In this document: positions 1 through 9,900 of the stretch, in pieces
Layout: each line of letters begins with the position of its first letter
Numbering within the stretch: the first letter of the stretch is position 1
Origin: a virus
Lineage: Duplodnaviria; Heunggongvirae; Uroviricota; Caudoviricetes
Reading direction: 5' to 3' (one strand)
Length of the DNA stretch: 64,000 bases
IMG/VR virus record: IMGVR_UViG_3300012909_000001
Coordinates: 33,689 to 97,688 of that record
The notes under the pieces: generated by a model
Told to the model about the DNA's origin: nothing
The model's database searches: none
The model's input: only the letters and a program-made list of their open reading frames with translations
Position numbers and translations under genes: made by a program

Positions 1-157
1 TCTCCATCTAATATTTCCTGTGTACCTGTAAATCCAGCAGTTGAAGCTTTCTCTAATCTTGATACTCTGTAGAATAATTCTTTAATAAGTTTCTTTAACT
101 CATAGAAATTGTTTAATCTTTTGTCTAAGTTCATTTTGTTTAATTTTAATTATTATT
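1..157 (-). CDS. Partial tail-fibre-like protein; N-terminus only, gene runs off the window start
   Basis: The reverse-complement frame opens with ATG at 155-157 and reads MNLDKRLNNFYELKKLIKELFYRVSRLEKASTAGF. This resembles the coiled N-terminus of the adjacent fibre gene (164..1573). Confidence 0.4.
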
Positions 158-163
158 ATTATT

Positions 164-1573
164 TTATACTACTATTGTAATAGGAGAGCTTACCCAAACA
201 TCAGAAGAACCTGCTTCTGTTACCTTTGTATAAATAAGTCCTGCTCCGATAATATCTTTACAAATTACTCTATAGCCTACTGGTACACTTGAATATGTTG
301 AATTTAATGTAGCAGAACTTAATGCTGTAGTTGTTGTATTTACAACACAAGAATAATTAGTAAGAGTATCTACATAACTCTTATTAACAGCATGTACAGC
401 ATTTGAAGGAGTAGATACTGATACTGTTCCATTTACTTGTAACTTAGAACCTGTACCATCATCTGTAGTAGTATTTGCTAATACTGTTCCTTTCAACAAA
501 GTTTCTATTATAGTTGAACCTCCTAATACAACTTGATTATTTTTAGTAGTATAAGCTCCTGTTCCTACAGCAGTTGAATTGATTGCATCTACTTTTTGTA
601 AAACATTATTTCCAGCATCAAAACCAAGAAAAGTATTACTTGTTCCTGTAGTTATTGTCTGTCCACTTCTACTTCCTAAACCTGCATTTTGTGCTCCTGT
701 AGTAATACCATATAAAGATTGTTGTCCTACTCCTGAATTATTAGCAGCTGTAGTAGCAAAATTAAAACCAGCCCTATGACCAACCAGAGTATTATCAGAA
801 CCTGTAGTTAAGAATCTTCCTGTTTCATTTCCAAAAAAACAATTTCTATTTCCTGTAGATATTTGAAACCCTGAGTTATAACCAAATATATTATTGTTTG
901 CACCATCTGTCAATTCAAATGCTGCTGTAAATCCAAATAAATTATTTCTGGTTGCTGTAAGTGCTTTTGTTGCAGTTCTCTCACCAAAGAACATATTTCC
1001 ATCTCCTGTTATATCTAATAAATTAGCTGCATCAAAACCTGAATGATATCCAATATACATATTAGAATTAGAATTATTCCTGTATCCTGCATCTGTTCCA
1101 AGAGCAACATTAAAACTCTTATCAGTACTTCTTGAAAATACTGCGTAACCTACACCTGTATTTCTTGTACCTGTTATATTAGTAAGTCCCGCATTATATC
1201 CTATATATAAGTTTGCATATCCAGTTGTATTATCTCTACCAGCACTTGAACCTATAAAGAAATTTTCCCTACCTGTATCTGTAGCTATAGGTGTATTATT
1301 TTGTCCTGCATTTGCTCCTATAAATAAATTAGTACTATAATCTGATTTAATATTTATACCTTGTACTGTAATATCATTAGTAGTAGTTTTACCAGTAGTT
1401 GTAACTTTTTGTAAATCATATACAGGTAATTGTGATTCAGGAACTTTACCAGCAACTAAATCAGCTTTACCTGATATATCAGTTGAGTTACTTGTTATAG
1501 TTCCTCTTAACTTTCTAAGTTCTTTTATTATATAATCTATTTTAGCTCTTAAACTTAAATTTAGTGCATTCAT
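164..1573 (-). CDS. Tail fibre / tail spike-like protein with Gly/Asn-rich beta-helix-type repeats
   Basis: 469 aa ORF with recurring N-x-(F/Y)-(I/F)-G-Y-x-(A/S)-G repeats (NLFIGANAG, NLYIGYNAG, NMYIGYHSG, NIFGYNSG). The N-terminus is coiled-coil-like, and the gene sits at the distal end of the structural block. Confidence 0.55.
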   Translation of the reverse strand: MNALNLSLRAKIDYIIKELRKLRGTITSNSTDISGKADLVAGKVPESQLPVYDLQKVTTTGKTTTNDITVQGINIKSDYSTNLFIGANAGQNNTPIATDTGRENFFIGSSAGRDNTTGYANLYIGYNAGLTNITGTRNTGVGYAVFSRSTDKSFNVALGTDAGYRNNSNSNMYIGYHSGFDAANLLDITGDGNMFFGERTATKALTATRNNLFGFTAAFELTDGANNNIFGYNSGFQISTGNRNCFFGNETGRFLTTGSDNTLVGHRAGFNFATTAANNSGVGQQSLYGITTGAQNAGLGSRSGQTITTGTSNTFLGFDAGNNVLQKVDAINSTAVGTGAYTTKNNQVVLGGSTIIETLLKGTVLANTTTDDGTGSKLQVNGTVSVSTPSNAVHAVNKSYVDTLTNYSCVVNTTTTALSSATLNSTYSSVPVGYRVICKDIIGAGLIYTKVTEAGSSDVWVSSPITIVV

Positions 1574-1576
1574 TTA

Positions 1577-4123
1577 TTAGGTGTTTATTGTTAATATATT
1601 AGAGAAAGCTATTTGTCCTTCACTGTTAATTCCTTTTAATCTGAATTCACAATATAAATCTGTTACAGGTGTAACATCAATTTCGCTATCTTTTTCATCA
1701 GGAGTAAGTATTACAAAATCCAAACTATCATTTTCATTTGTATCCAGTTTAGCCCAAAGCCATGTATAATCAACTCCATTACCTTCTCCTTCATTTACTA
1801 TAGTACTAATTAGTCTTGCATCATTACCTGTACCTTCATAGTCAGGGTCAAAAGCTATACTAATTTGAAATGGTTCTGGTGGTCCGGCAACTACTATAGA
1901 TACTGTATCAGTATCATCTTGCTGTGGGTCTCCATTATTAGCTGCATATAACCTGAATACGTATGTAGTATCAGAGAATAAATTAGTAACAGGAGTTCCC
2001 ATACTTAAAGTTGGGTATACTATAATAGGTAAGCTTGGTGGAGTTGGTGTTGCAGATACTAATTCCCATGAAGGGCTACTAATAAAAGTGTTAAAATCTA
2101 TTGAATCTCCATTACCATAACTTCTCACAAATCCTGAAAGATAAGTCTCAGTTGTATCTATTTCTAATTCCTGGTCTTCACCTGCATCAACAGTAAATGG
2201 AGTAACAGGTGGTTCAGCATCTGAAATCCATGTTACAGTATCTTGTGCTATATTCCCTAAAGTATCTGTTGCTGTTACTAAAAATGTATATAATACACTT
2301 GAATCAAGATTACTAATAGCGCAGTTTAAAGCATTTCCTGGAGTAAATATAGGGTCATTACCTGTATCCTCACTCATAGAGAGTAATGTCCATTCTACAG
2401 TATCTAAGCTTGCTCCTTCTTCTAAGTGTACTATAGAAGCAAGAAAATTACCAAAGGAAGTTGGTCCAACTACCTGATTCTCTCCTGCATCTATTGAGAA
2501 TGCTGTTTCAGCATTATCTACTACAACTAATATAAATGAGTCTGAGTCAGTCTGTTCTGATTCGTTTGTAGCAGTAAATGTAAGTGTATATACTCCTATA
2601 GGGAATGTTGCAGAAAATGTAACATCATATCCACCTGTGTAACTTGTTACAATCTCATCATCTGAATCAACAGCTACCCATAATGTAGATACTATTGGAC
2701 TATTATCACCACCTGCTATTTGTGTCGCACTTACTGTGCAAGTAGCAAATTCATTTTCATCTGGCATTATAATAGTCTGATTAGGACCTGCATCTACAAT
2801 AAATTCATTTGTAACTTCTACTTCTACCGTATCTGTTGCTACTTGTCCTACATTATTTGTAACTGTAAGTTGGAATACTCTTGTTGTAAGAGCAAGTAAT
2901 CCTGTTATACCAGTTATTAATGTATTAGGACTTGTTATAGTTGTAGATTGTCCTGATAGAACTTCCCATACTACTGATGTTATAGAAGTACCCATACCGA
3001 GATTTATTATACTTCCAGTTAATGTACTACTGGTTATATCATATGTTAACTCTTGATTAGGTCCTGCATCAATTTCGAAAAGCTCAAATAATAAGTTTAA
3101 AGTAGCAGATACAATATTAGATTCTACACTATTATTATCTACAATATGGTATTCAAATGTAGTTTCTAAAGGAAATGAATCTGATATAGTACTCTCCAGT
3201 TCAAATGTTAAATCTGCTAATTGGGAAATTAAAAATACTTGTCCTTCATATACAGGATTACCTAAATAGGTTAAATCTCCAATTAAAGGTAATGAGTCTA
3301 TTACTAAAACTATTGGTGTAGAATAAGATATATTATTAGATATATTTATAAGACTATCATTAAATTCAAATTCAAAACTAACTAGTCCTTCTAATTGTTC
3401 TTCTCCCGGAATATTATATTCTGTATCTAAAAGAGTTATTGCTGATGGTGGAGTATTTATTAATTCCTGAATATCAGTAAGATTAATTCCAGATTTCCTG
3501 ATACAGTTAAGTATAGGTTTAATGTAGAATTTACTATTTAAATATTCTGTCTCTTCTTCATCAGCAGATTGTGATAATTGTTTATAATATATAGCAAGAT
3601 AGAACATCATTACATGTTCTTTAGTTACAACAGCACAATCAGACTGACCTAAAATTAATTGATTTGTAGTAGTACATATTAAATCATCTTGTAATCTACA
3701 TCTGAAGTAAGGTATAATACTCTTATAGTATTCCTGATATAATGGAGAAGTCAGATTAAAATAAGTTTGATATCCATTAACCAGGCAGAGATTTTCATCA
3801 CAGTCAGAGTGACAATTATCACATTCTTTACATCTGCACCCACATAAAATATCCTTTGTACTTTCTACAAGAGACTTCAAAAAGTTCTCGTAATATACAA
3901 AGGATACTGTAAGTGTGTCAGATTCATCATTTAGTGTAAGTACATAATCTCCATCCTGTTGTATTATGAATGTTACTTCTGCATTTTGTGCAAGAGTACC
4001 TAAGACTATATCCTTTACTTCACTACAATTATCCTTTTTAAGGTTGTAGCTTAAAGTATCTACACCTAAGTTTGTTAAGGTGTAGATATCTTTATTTTTT
4101 ACTAATGTATGAAGTATAGCCAT
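1577..4123 (-). CDS. Large tail fibre / receptor-binding protein with tandem Ig-like (PKD/BIG-type) repeats
   Basis: 848 aa with four repeats that start (I/V)DAG(P/E)(N/D)Q (IDAGPNQ, VDAGPNQ, IDAGENQ, VDAGEDQ). The N-terminal region has a Cys cluster, CGCRCKECDNCHSDCDENLC. Confidence 0.55.
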   Translation of the reverse strand: MAILHTLVKNKDIYTLTNLGVDTLSYNLKKDNCSEVKDIVLGTLAQNAEVTFIIQQDGDYVLTLNDESDTLTVSFVYYENFLKSLVESTKDILCGCRCKECDNCHSDCDENLCLVNGYQTYFNLTSPLYQEYYKSIIPYFRCRLQDDLICTTTNQLILGQSDCAVVTKEHVMMFYLAIYYKQLSQSADEEETEYLNSKFYIKPILNCIRKSGINLTDIQELINTPPSAITLLDTEYNIPGEEQLEGLVSFEFEFNDSLINISNNISYSTPIVLVIDSLPLIGDLTYLGNPVYEGQVFLISQLADLTFELESTISDSFPLETTFEYHIVDNNSVESNIVSATLNLLFELFEIDAGPNQELTYDITSSTLTGSIINLGMGTSITSVVWEVLSGQSTTITSPNTLITGITGLLALTTRVFQLTVTNNVGQVATDTVEVEVTNEFIVDAGPNQTIIMPDENEFATCTVSATQIAGGDNSPIVSTLWVAVDSDDEIVTSYTGGYDVTFSATFPIGVYTLTFTATNESEQTDSDSFILVVVDNAETAFSIDAGENQVVGPTSFGNFLASIVHLEEGASLDTVEWTLLSMSEDTGNDPIFTPGNALNCAISNLDSSVLYTFLVTATDTLGNIAQDTVTWISDAEPPVTPFTVDAGEDQELEIDTTETYLSGFVRSYGNGDSIDFNTFISSPSWELVSATPTPPSLPIIVYPTLSMGTPVTNLFSDTTYVFRLYAANNGDPQQDDTDTVSIVVAGPPEPFQISIAFDPDYEGTGNDARLISTIVNEGEGNGVDYTWLWAKLDTNENDSLDFVILTPDEKDSEIDVTPVTDLYCEFRLKGINSEGQIAFSNILTINT

Positions 4124-4154
4124 CTATTCTAATTTTTTATTAGATGGCTTATCA

Positions 4155-5375
4155 TTAAGCTAAACCATCTGTTGCAACAGTTTTGTTGGTTGTTAACTCT
4201 ACTGTAGCAGGGTTAGTACTTGCAGCGGCAGCATCATCAGCTAAAGCATCAAATCCAGAAGGTGCTGTTAATCTATCTAAGATAGTAATAAGAGCATTCC
4301 TTGTAGTTGTATCTGCTGCCGGAATTGCTATAATAGTAGCTTCATTGTTCAGATACTCAAGCCAGGCACCAATTGAGAATTGGTCATAAGTAAGAGCAAT
4401 TTGGTCATACTTAGTTGCTGGGTTTATATAGTAAGTTCTTTCATCAGCTACTCCATTTAGAGTTGAAAGTCTGTAAGGACTGTCTCTCCAACCTTGAGCA
4501 ATATATTCTTTTTGCTTTAAATCATAACCATTTCCTTCTTCAAACACAGCTTGCTGTGTTGTAACAAGAGTACCATTACATTTGAATCCTTCAATTTTAG
4601 AAGGGATAATAACAGTTTCTCTTGGGTAGAAGTACTTAAGATTAACTGCACTGAAGTTGTTTACAGCCTGTGTTACAGTTGTAATTCTTAAGTCAGTGTA
4701 GTAATAATCTGCCGGGTCTGTTTGTGTAGCATTGTAAGCCATAATAGCTTCTAAATCTGCATCAGATACTACAGCTCCTTCAGCTAAATCTCCAGACAAT
4801 GCTGGAATAGTAGCATCAAGAATTGCTGTTCTTGCAATAGCTACAGCTGTAATAAGACCTGATGGGTCATTATTAATCTGTAGTTTCAAAATCTTAGTAA
4901 TCTCATTTGCATCTCCTGAAGGACATGTAGCTTCACAACCTTTGCAGCATGATGTAACCATACTGTAAGTTTTTGTAAATTGGTTGTAACCCTGAGTCCT
5001 ATAGATTTCCTGATTTCTTAATTCAAGTTTCAATCCGTATTCAGTTTCACAGTCTGCTGTATAGTCTCTCAACTCTACAATCATTGGTTGTCCTGGTGTA
5101 TGTGGTCTGTAGCTATAATGTACAATATTTCTTTTTTGTACAGCTGTACCTGTAGACTTCATTACATCAGTAGTAGTTCCTGTAGCACCTGGGTCTAAAC
5201 CTACAGCTACATAGAAATCTCTTACATTTGCAGTACCATCAATAGACAGGTTTGTATTTGCATCAAATACACCTATCTGACCAGGTAACAATGTACCTAC
5301 TCTGGCACCAGTTGCCTTTACAGCCTGATTACCACTTGTTGCTAATACTTGAAACACATCATTGTTTCTACTCAT
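4155..5375 (-). CDS. Putative virion structural protein, function unknown
   Basis: 406 aa ORF in the structural block between the capsid candidate and the tail fibres. It contains a CCKGCEATC cysteine cluster. Confidence 0.4.
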   Translation of the reverse strand: MSRNNDVFQVLATSGNQAVKATGARVGTLLPGQIGVFDANTNLSIDGTANVRDFYVAVGLDPGATGTTTDVMKSTGTAVQKRNIVHYSYRPHTPGQPMIVELRDYTADCETEYGLKLELRNQEIYRTQGYNQFTKTYSMVTSCCKGCEATCPSGDANEITKILKLQINNDPSGLITAVAIARTAILDATIPALSGDLAEGAVVSDADLEAIMAYNATQTDPADYYYTDLRITTVTQAVNNFSAVNLKYFYPRETVIIPSKIEGFKCNGTLVTTQQAVFEEGNGYDLKQKEYIAQGWRDSPYRLSTLNGVADERTYYINPATKYDQIALTYDQFSIGAWLEYLNNEATIIAIPAADTTTRNALITILDRLTAPSGFDALADDAAAASTNPATVELTTNKTVATDGLA

Positions 5376-5387
5376 AATTTCTTAATT

Positions 5388-6101
5388 TTAATTGTTTAAA
5401 TTTATTTTTGCCTGTTTTATCTGGTAGTCTGGCATTTGCAGATTCCCAGTGGTTATAAGTACAGCTATATCTACAATTTCCCTGTGTGTGTGTTCTGGAA
5501 GTTCACAATTTTGTGTCCCTGTCAATACTGTACCATCAGGTAAAGTATAAGACTGGGTTGGTAAAAAGTCTTGGGCATTGTGTACATATAAATGTTTTCT
5601 TATATAATTCAGTCTTAATTGTTGTACAGTAAATGTACTGTCTGTAAATATTTTAATTCCTTTTTCATAGAATCTTATATTTACTTCACCCCATTCATAA
5701 GAAGACTTATCAAAAGGGCTGTCCTGAAACCTGTCATCATGTTGTCTTACTATAGCTCTCGCTGTTTTAGGACCACAATTTAATTTGTCAATTGTTACAT
5801 TTGCTGAGATATAGAACATATAATCTTCTGGTATCTCTACATAATAACTGCCATCAGCTTCAAGTGTTGGACTTAAAACAAAATCATTGATTACTATAGT
5901 TCTTAAATCATCAATAGTTCTCTGACTTGTTTCGAAACCTAAGAAATTGTTTTGTCTTGGTTCAGCAATGGATTTTATGAAAATTTCAATAGCTTCATTC
6001 ATTGACCAATCAATCTCAGGTATCCTCAGATTCCTGTACTGTTGTGAATCAACTTTATTAAGCTTTTGCTTAAAATCATATTCCATTCCTTTTATATCCA
6101 T
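5388..6101 (-). CDS. Hypothetical structural-module protein
   Basis: 237 aa ORF, tightly packed and co-directional with the structural genes. Confidence 0.4.
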   Translation of the reverse strand: MDIKGMEYDFKQKLNKVDSQQYRNLRIPEIDWSMNEAIEIFIKSIAEPRQNNFLGFETSQRTIDDLRTIVINDFVLSPTLEADGSYYVEIPEDYMFYISANVTIDKLNCGPKTARAIVRQHDDRFQDSPFDKSSYEWGEVNIRFYEKGIKIFTDSTFTVQQLRLNYIRKHLYVHNAQDFLPTQSYTLPDGTVLTGTQNCELPEHTHREIVDIAVLITTGNLQMPDYQIKQAKINLNN

Positions 6102-6102
6102 C

Positions 6103-6327
6103 TTAATTAATATTGCCTATTTTTGTTAAGCCTTTTACTACACTATCTGATTTTATTATATAATAGTTATTTACAAATTGTAAATAATGTTTTCCTTCAT
6201 TGATAGCTATTTTTACATGAGGCCAGAAATCAGTTTTATCTATATCTAAGTTTCCTGTAATATCTGTTGGACATTGATATATATCTGAAATTTCTACTTG
6301 ATTTATCTCTGATAATAATATATCCAT
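6103..6327 (-). CDS. Hypothetical small protein
   Basis: 74 aa ORF that abuts its neighbouring ORFs (1-2 bp gap). Confidence 0.3.
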   Translation of the reverse strand: MDILLSEINQVEISDIYQCPTDITGNLDIDKTDFWPHVKIAINEGKHYLQFVNNYYIIKSDSVVKGLTKIGNIN

Positions 6328-6328
6328 C

Positions 6329-7123
6329 TTAATTTACTTTTTCTAAAACCTGTGCTTTTAAAGTCTGGTTTTTAGGGTCTATAAAATAATCCACAGTAGA
6401 TTCAACATCAAATCCTAACTGGTCATCCATGTAGTACACAGCTGAACCATCTTTTCTAAGAACTTGTTTATGTATTGCTTCCAATACTAATGCATGAAGA
6501 GATGTTCTTGTCTTATCTCTTTGGATAAGTGTAAGTACTCTTTCAGCTCCTGCTGAATCAATTGCTTCATCAAGTTTTAAATCTACGTAATCATCTGATT
6601 GATGTCTTACGGATACTCCTGATACAATTTGTACAATCTCAGCCTTTCTTGTTTTTGTAAGTTTAGAGGCTTCAATAATAACTTTTCTTTTGATAGAAGC
6701 TTTTGAAGCTTTCAATTCTGTATCTTCTTGCTCATCAAAGATTACGAACAATGCATCAGGATATTTTCCTTCTTCATATTCTTTCTGTGAATTTGCAACC
6801 AGGTCATGTGCTTTTAATACTTTAACCTTTATTTCATCTAATGGTCTTGATGTATCAAAAATGTTTGTTTTGAAATCCAGCTTAATTTGTGCTGCTGGAG
6901 AATTCCAAAAATCATGAGCTTTTCCTAATGTATAATCAGGAGATAAATTATAACCTGTTGTTGATTCCAATCTTACTCTGTCCTCTGGAGACAAACCTGT
7001 AGCAAATTGTCCAGTCCTAAGACTTACTAATGCTTCCAGTGTGATTGGTCTTGAAAAGTTCTCTTTACCTTTCTTATTATGCCATCTTTCTTTCTCAATG
7101 GGTTTTACTTCTACTATTGCCAT
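6329..7123 (-). CDS. Hypothetical structural-module protein, charged
   Basis: 264 aa ORF immediately downstream of the capsid candidate. Confidence 0.4.
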   Translation of the reverse strand: MAIVEVKPIEKERWHNKKGKENFSRPITLEALVSLRTGQFATGLSPEDRVRLESTTGYNLSPDYTLGKAHDFWNSPAAQIKLDFKTNIFDTSRPLDEIKVKVLKAHDLVANSQKEYEEGKYPDALFVIFDEQEDTELKASKASIKRKVIIEASKLTKTRKAEIVQIVSGVSVRHQSDDYVDLKLDEAIDSAGAERVLTLIQRDKTRTSLHALVLEAIHKQVLRKDGSAVYYMDDQLGFDVESTVDYFIDPKNQTLKAQVLEKVN

Positions 7124-7197
7124 TTTCTTGTTTTATTTTATTAATGCAATCCAGGAAAGGCTTTCTCTCCCGGATTGCAAAGATATGAAATATATTA

Positions 7198-8661
7198 TTA
7201 TCCTACATTTCTTTTTAGGATTAACTCTCCACATTTAGTAATATCTTCAATGTGAACTCCACATATTTTAGATACGTGCATAGAGTAGTATTCTCCAGAG
7301 TGAGACATTAAAGCTCCTTTATTAGGTCCGTAAGGATTTACTAAACCACCTACATATCCAAATTTGTATCCATCTTTTTTAGATACTAACTTCACATTTG
7401 AATTACCACCATCTCCTGAGAAATCTAAGAAAGTAAATCTCATAGATTCTGTTGGGTATCCTGTGATAGGGTCAATTTCGAAGTTAATACTTCTGTCATC
7501 ATACAATGGGTTGTGAACTAATTCAAGCTCAGCTCCGTTATGCATTTTGTACTGTACGAATTGATATCCGATAGAGTATGCATTTGTATGGTATTCAGAT
7601 TTAGCAGACTGAACTGGATTGAAGTTTTGGTTAGCAATAACCCAACCTCTTTTATCCATGATATCCTGCATTGCTCTGTTGAACAGAATCATACCGAACT
7701 CACCTGTAAATACTTTAATTTTTCTACCAGAACCTGGTTTAACTCTTGAATAGAAGATATCAAGTAAGAATTCTTCAATCAATTTAGCAGTTAATTCAGT
7801 GTAATAATGTAAGTGAGAATCCTCAAGTTTCTCCTGAATACCTGAGAAGGTATCTACTGGTCTACCTGTTACGTTCTCAATAGACCTTGCTTTTCTGTTA
7901 TACCAGTAAGCTCTCTCAAGCTCTCTGTACCATTGTTGCCAGTATTCTACCTCAGCGAATTTAACCCATGAATCATGAGTACCACCTTTTGAGTCTTGCA
8001 TTTTAATAGCAAGTACTTCTTCAGAAGCATAGTCAGTTACCTGATATTTCTTTCTGAATTTACCCATAGAGTCTCTTAGAGTTAAAGGCATAGAGTACTG
8101 TGTACTACCATCCTCATTATCTCCCTCTCCATAAGTAGAGTACATTTTAGCCCATTGTTGACCTGAAAGTAAGTAAGTAACTGGTAAGAAAGCTTGTGGC
8201 TCATCTGATACCAACCTTACTGTGTATACCCAACCATTACCATGTCTTTGTGGGTCCTCCATAATTCTACATTGATACTTCTGTCCTGAAGTACCAGGTG
8301 TAATTACATCCCCTGCAACATACCAATTCTCATCAAGTTTGATTTTGAATGTAGTTTTGAATTGACCTGGAGTAGTGTTGGTACTTGGTTCTACATTCTC
8401 AATAACCACAAGTGGTTTTGTAGTAGCACCTTTAAGTCCCCATTCCCATTCCATTGTACCAATTGTCATCTCAGCACCTGTTCCCCAAGCAATACTTGAA
8501 AGAGGGTTATCTGAGTAGTAATTTTGAGCAGAGAACAACTGGTTCATCTTATTCTCAAATACGTGAGGTTTAGCAATTAAAGCAGCTCCCAAGTGATTTA
8601 ACTCAGTCATGTTCGCGTGCCAAGGCATTTGTTTTGTTTTAAATTTTCCTAATGTTGCCAT
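7198..8661 (-). CDS. Major capsid protein candidate
   Basis: 487 aa ORF directly downstream of an acidic scaffold-like gene and the portal. This is the canonical TerL-portal-scaffold-MCP order, and the size fits crAss-like HK97-fold capsid proteins. Confidence 0.5.
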   Translation of the reverse strand: MATLGKFKTKQMPWHANMTELNHLGAALIAKPHVFENKMNQLFSAQNYYSDNPLSSIAWGTGAEMTIGTMEWEWGLKGATTKPLVVIENVEPSTNTTPGQFKTTFKIKLDENWYVAGDVITPGTSGQKYQCRIMEDPQRHGNGWVYTVRLVSDEPQAFLPVTYLLSGQQWAKMYSTYGEGDNEDGSTQYSMPLTLRDSMGKFRKKYQVTDYASEEVLAIKMQDSKGGTHDSWVKFAEVEYWQQWYRELERAYWYNRKARSIENVTGRPVDTFSGIQEKLEDSHLHYYTELTAKLIEEFLLDIFYSRVKPGSGRKIKVFTGEFGMILFNRAMQDIMDKRGWVIANQNFNPVQSAKSEYHTNAYSIGYQFVQYKMHNGAELELVHNPLYDDRSINFEIDPITGYPTESMRFTFLDFSGDGGNSNVKLVSKKDGYKFGYVGGLVNPYGPNKGALMSHSGEYYSMHVSKICGVHIEDITKCGELILKRNVG

Positions 8662-8679
8662 AATTTTTTATTGTTTGTT

Positions 8680-9816
8680 TTAATTAAATAGCTCAGCGAG
8701 ATTCTTACCTTGTAATGAACTTCCAGAATTACTTGGTCTTAGTCCTCTTCTCTGCTCTATATCATTTTTAACTTTTCTTGTTTGTTTTGTCTTAACTGTT
8801 TTTTCAAATCCTGACATGTCGAAATCACTTTCTACTAATTTAGCTAATAATACCATTTTGTTTGTATCCTGGAATACCTCTGCTAATTTTTTCTGGAATC
8901 CTGTTACTGATTTTGTATCTGTAACTTTATTATCTTTCTTAGTTAAGAAGTTAAACAATTTCTGTTTCTCTTGTATACTAACTTTAATTCCTTCTAAATC
9001 ATCTGTAGAATCCAAGAATTCTTTAATATTATTTTTAAAAGTATCTTCCTGTTCTTTTGCAAGAAGTTTATTTGTCTCAGCTTGTTTAATAAGAGCTGCT
9101 TTCTGTTTTTCTGAATCTTCTTTTAACTTATCATCATACTTCTTAGCAAATTTTTCTTTTCTTCCATTATCTGAGAGATATTGAAGTCTGTCCTCAATTT
9201 CATCTTTATCCCATCCTTCTTTAGCCAAACTGTATCTGATAACTTTATCTTGATGGTCTTCATCTTTGATATCTCCTGTTGGAATCTCTAAAGCTGATTC
9301 ATATGTCTTAAAGAAATCTACTGTATTACCACCTTCTCTTTTGAATTTGATGAATGCTTTAGCATCAGCATCAAGGTCATTGGTAGCCCATTCTTTAAGT
9401 CTGAAATTTACTTCAGCTTCATATTCTTCTTCCTGTAATTCAAGTAATTTGTCTGCATCAATTTCTTCATCATCAGCCACTTCTACGTGTTTGAATAATC
9501 CTGTTTCTTTCAGGTCTTTGAAAATCTCTTTGTAACTGCCTTCTTCAGATGTGTCTTCTTCCTCCTCTTCCTCTTTACCAGTTTTAACTTCTGGTGTTTT
9601 GAAAGCTTCGAAATCATCTTCGTCATCTTCTTCTTCATTACCCGGAGTAGTAGTTCCTTTATTCTTGTCTTCTGCTTCTTTAGCAGCAGCTTCAGCCTTA
9701 GCTTTGTCTTCTGCAATTTGTTCAGGAGTCTTTGTATCTCCTAATCCAAAATAACTGTCATTCTCATTTTCCCAATCAAATTCCAGTAATCCTTTGTTCT
9801 TTTCTTCTGTTGCCAT
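8680..9816 (-). CDS. Scaffolding-like protein, highly acidic with E/K-rich coiled coil
   Basis: 378 aa, extremely charged (EEEDDEDD, EEEEEEDTSEE runs) with low-complexity K/E repeats. It lies between the portal and the capsid candidate. Confidence 0.5.
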   Translation of the reverse strand: MATEEKNKGLLEFDWENENDSYFGLGDTKTPEQIAEDKAKAEAAAKEAEDKNKGTTTPGNEEEDDEDDFEAFKTPEVKTGKEEEEEEDTSEEGSYKEIFKDLKETGLFKHVEVADDEEIDADKLLELQEEEYEAEVNFRLKEWATNDLDADAKAFIKFKREGGNTVDFFKTYESALEIPTGDIKDEDHQDKVIRYSLAKEGWDKDEIEDRLQYLSDNGRKEKFAKKYDDKLKEDSEKQKAALIKQAETNKLLAKEQEDTFKNNIKEFLDSTDDLEGIKVSIQEKQKLFNFLTKKDNKVTDTKSVTGFQKKLAEVFQDTNKMVLLAKLVESDFDMSGFEKTVKTKQTRKVKNDIEQRRGLRPSNSGSSLQGKNLAELFN

Positions 9817-9900
9817 AATTTAAATGCAAATTTAAGATTAAATATTTAATATTTTTAAGTTTAAAACTTAACTAAGTTTATTTTTTAGCTAATAGCTTTA

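Noticed and set aside
9510-9754. ORFs 9510..9716 (-), 9551..9754 (+) and 9266..9535 (+) inside the scaffold-like gene
   Set aside because: These are alternative-frame ORFs generated by the low-complexity GAA/GAG-rich (E/K, S/L-rich) repeat in the acidic scaffold gene. They are overlap artefacts and not independent genes.
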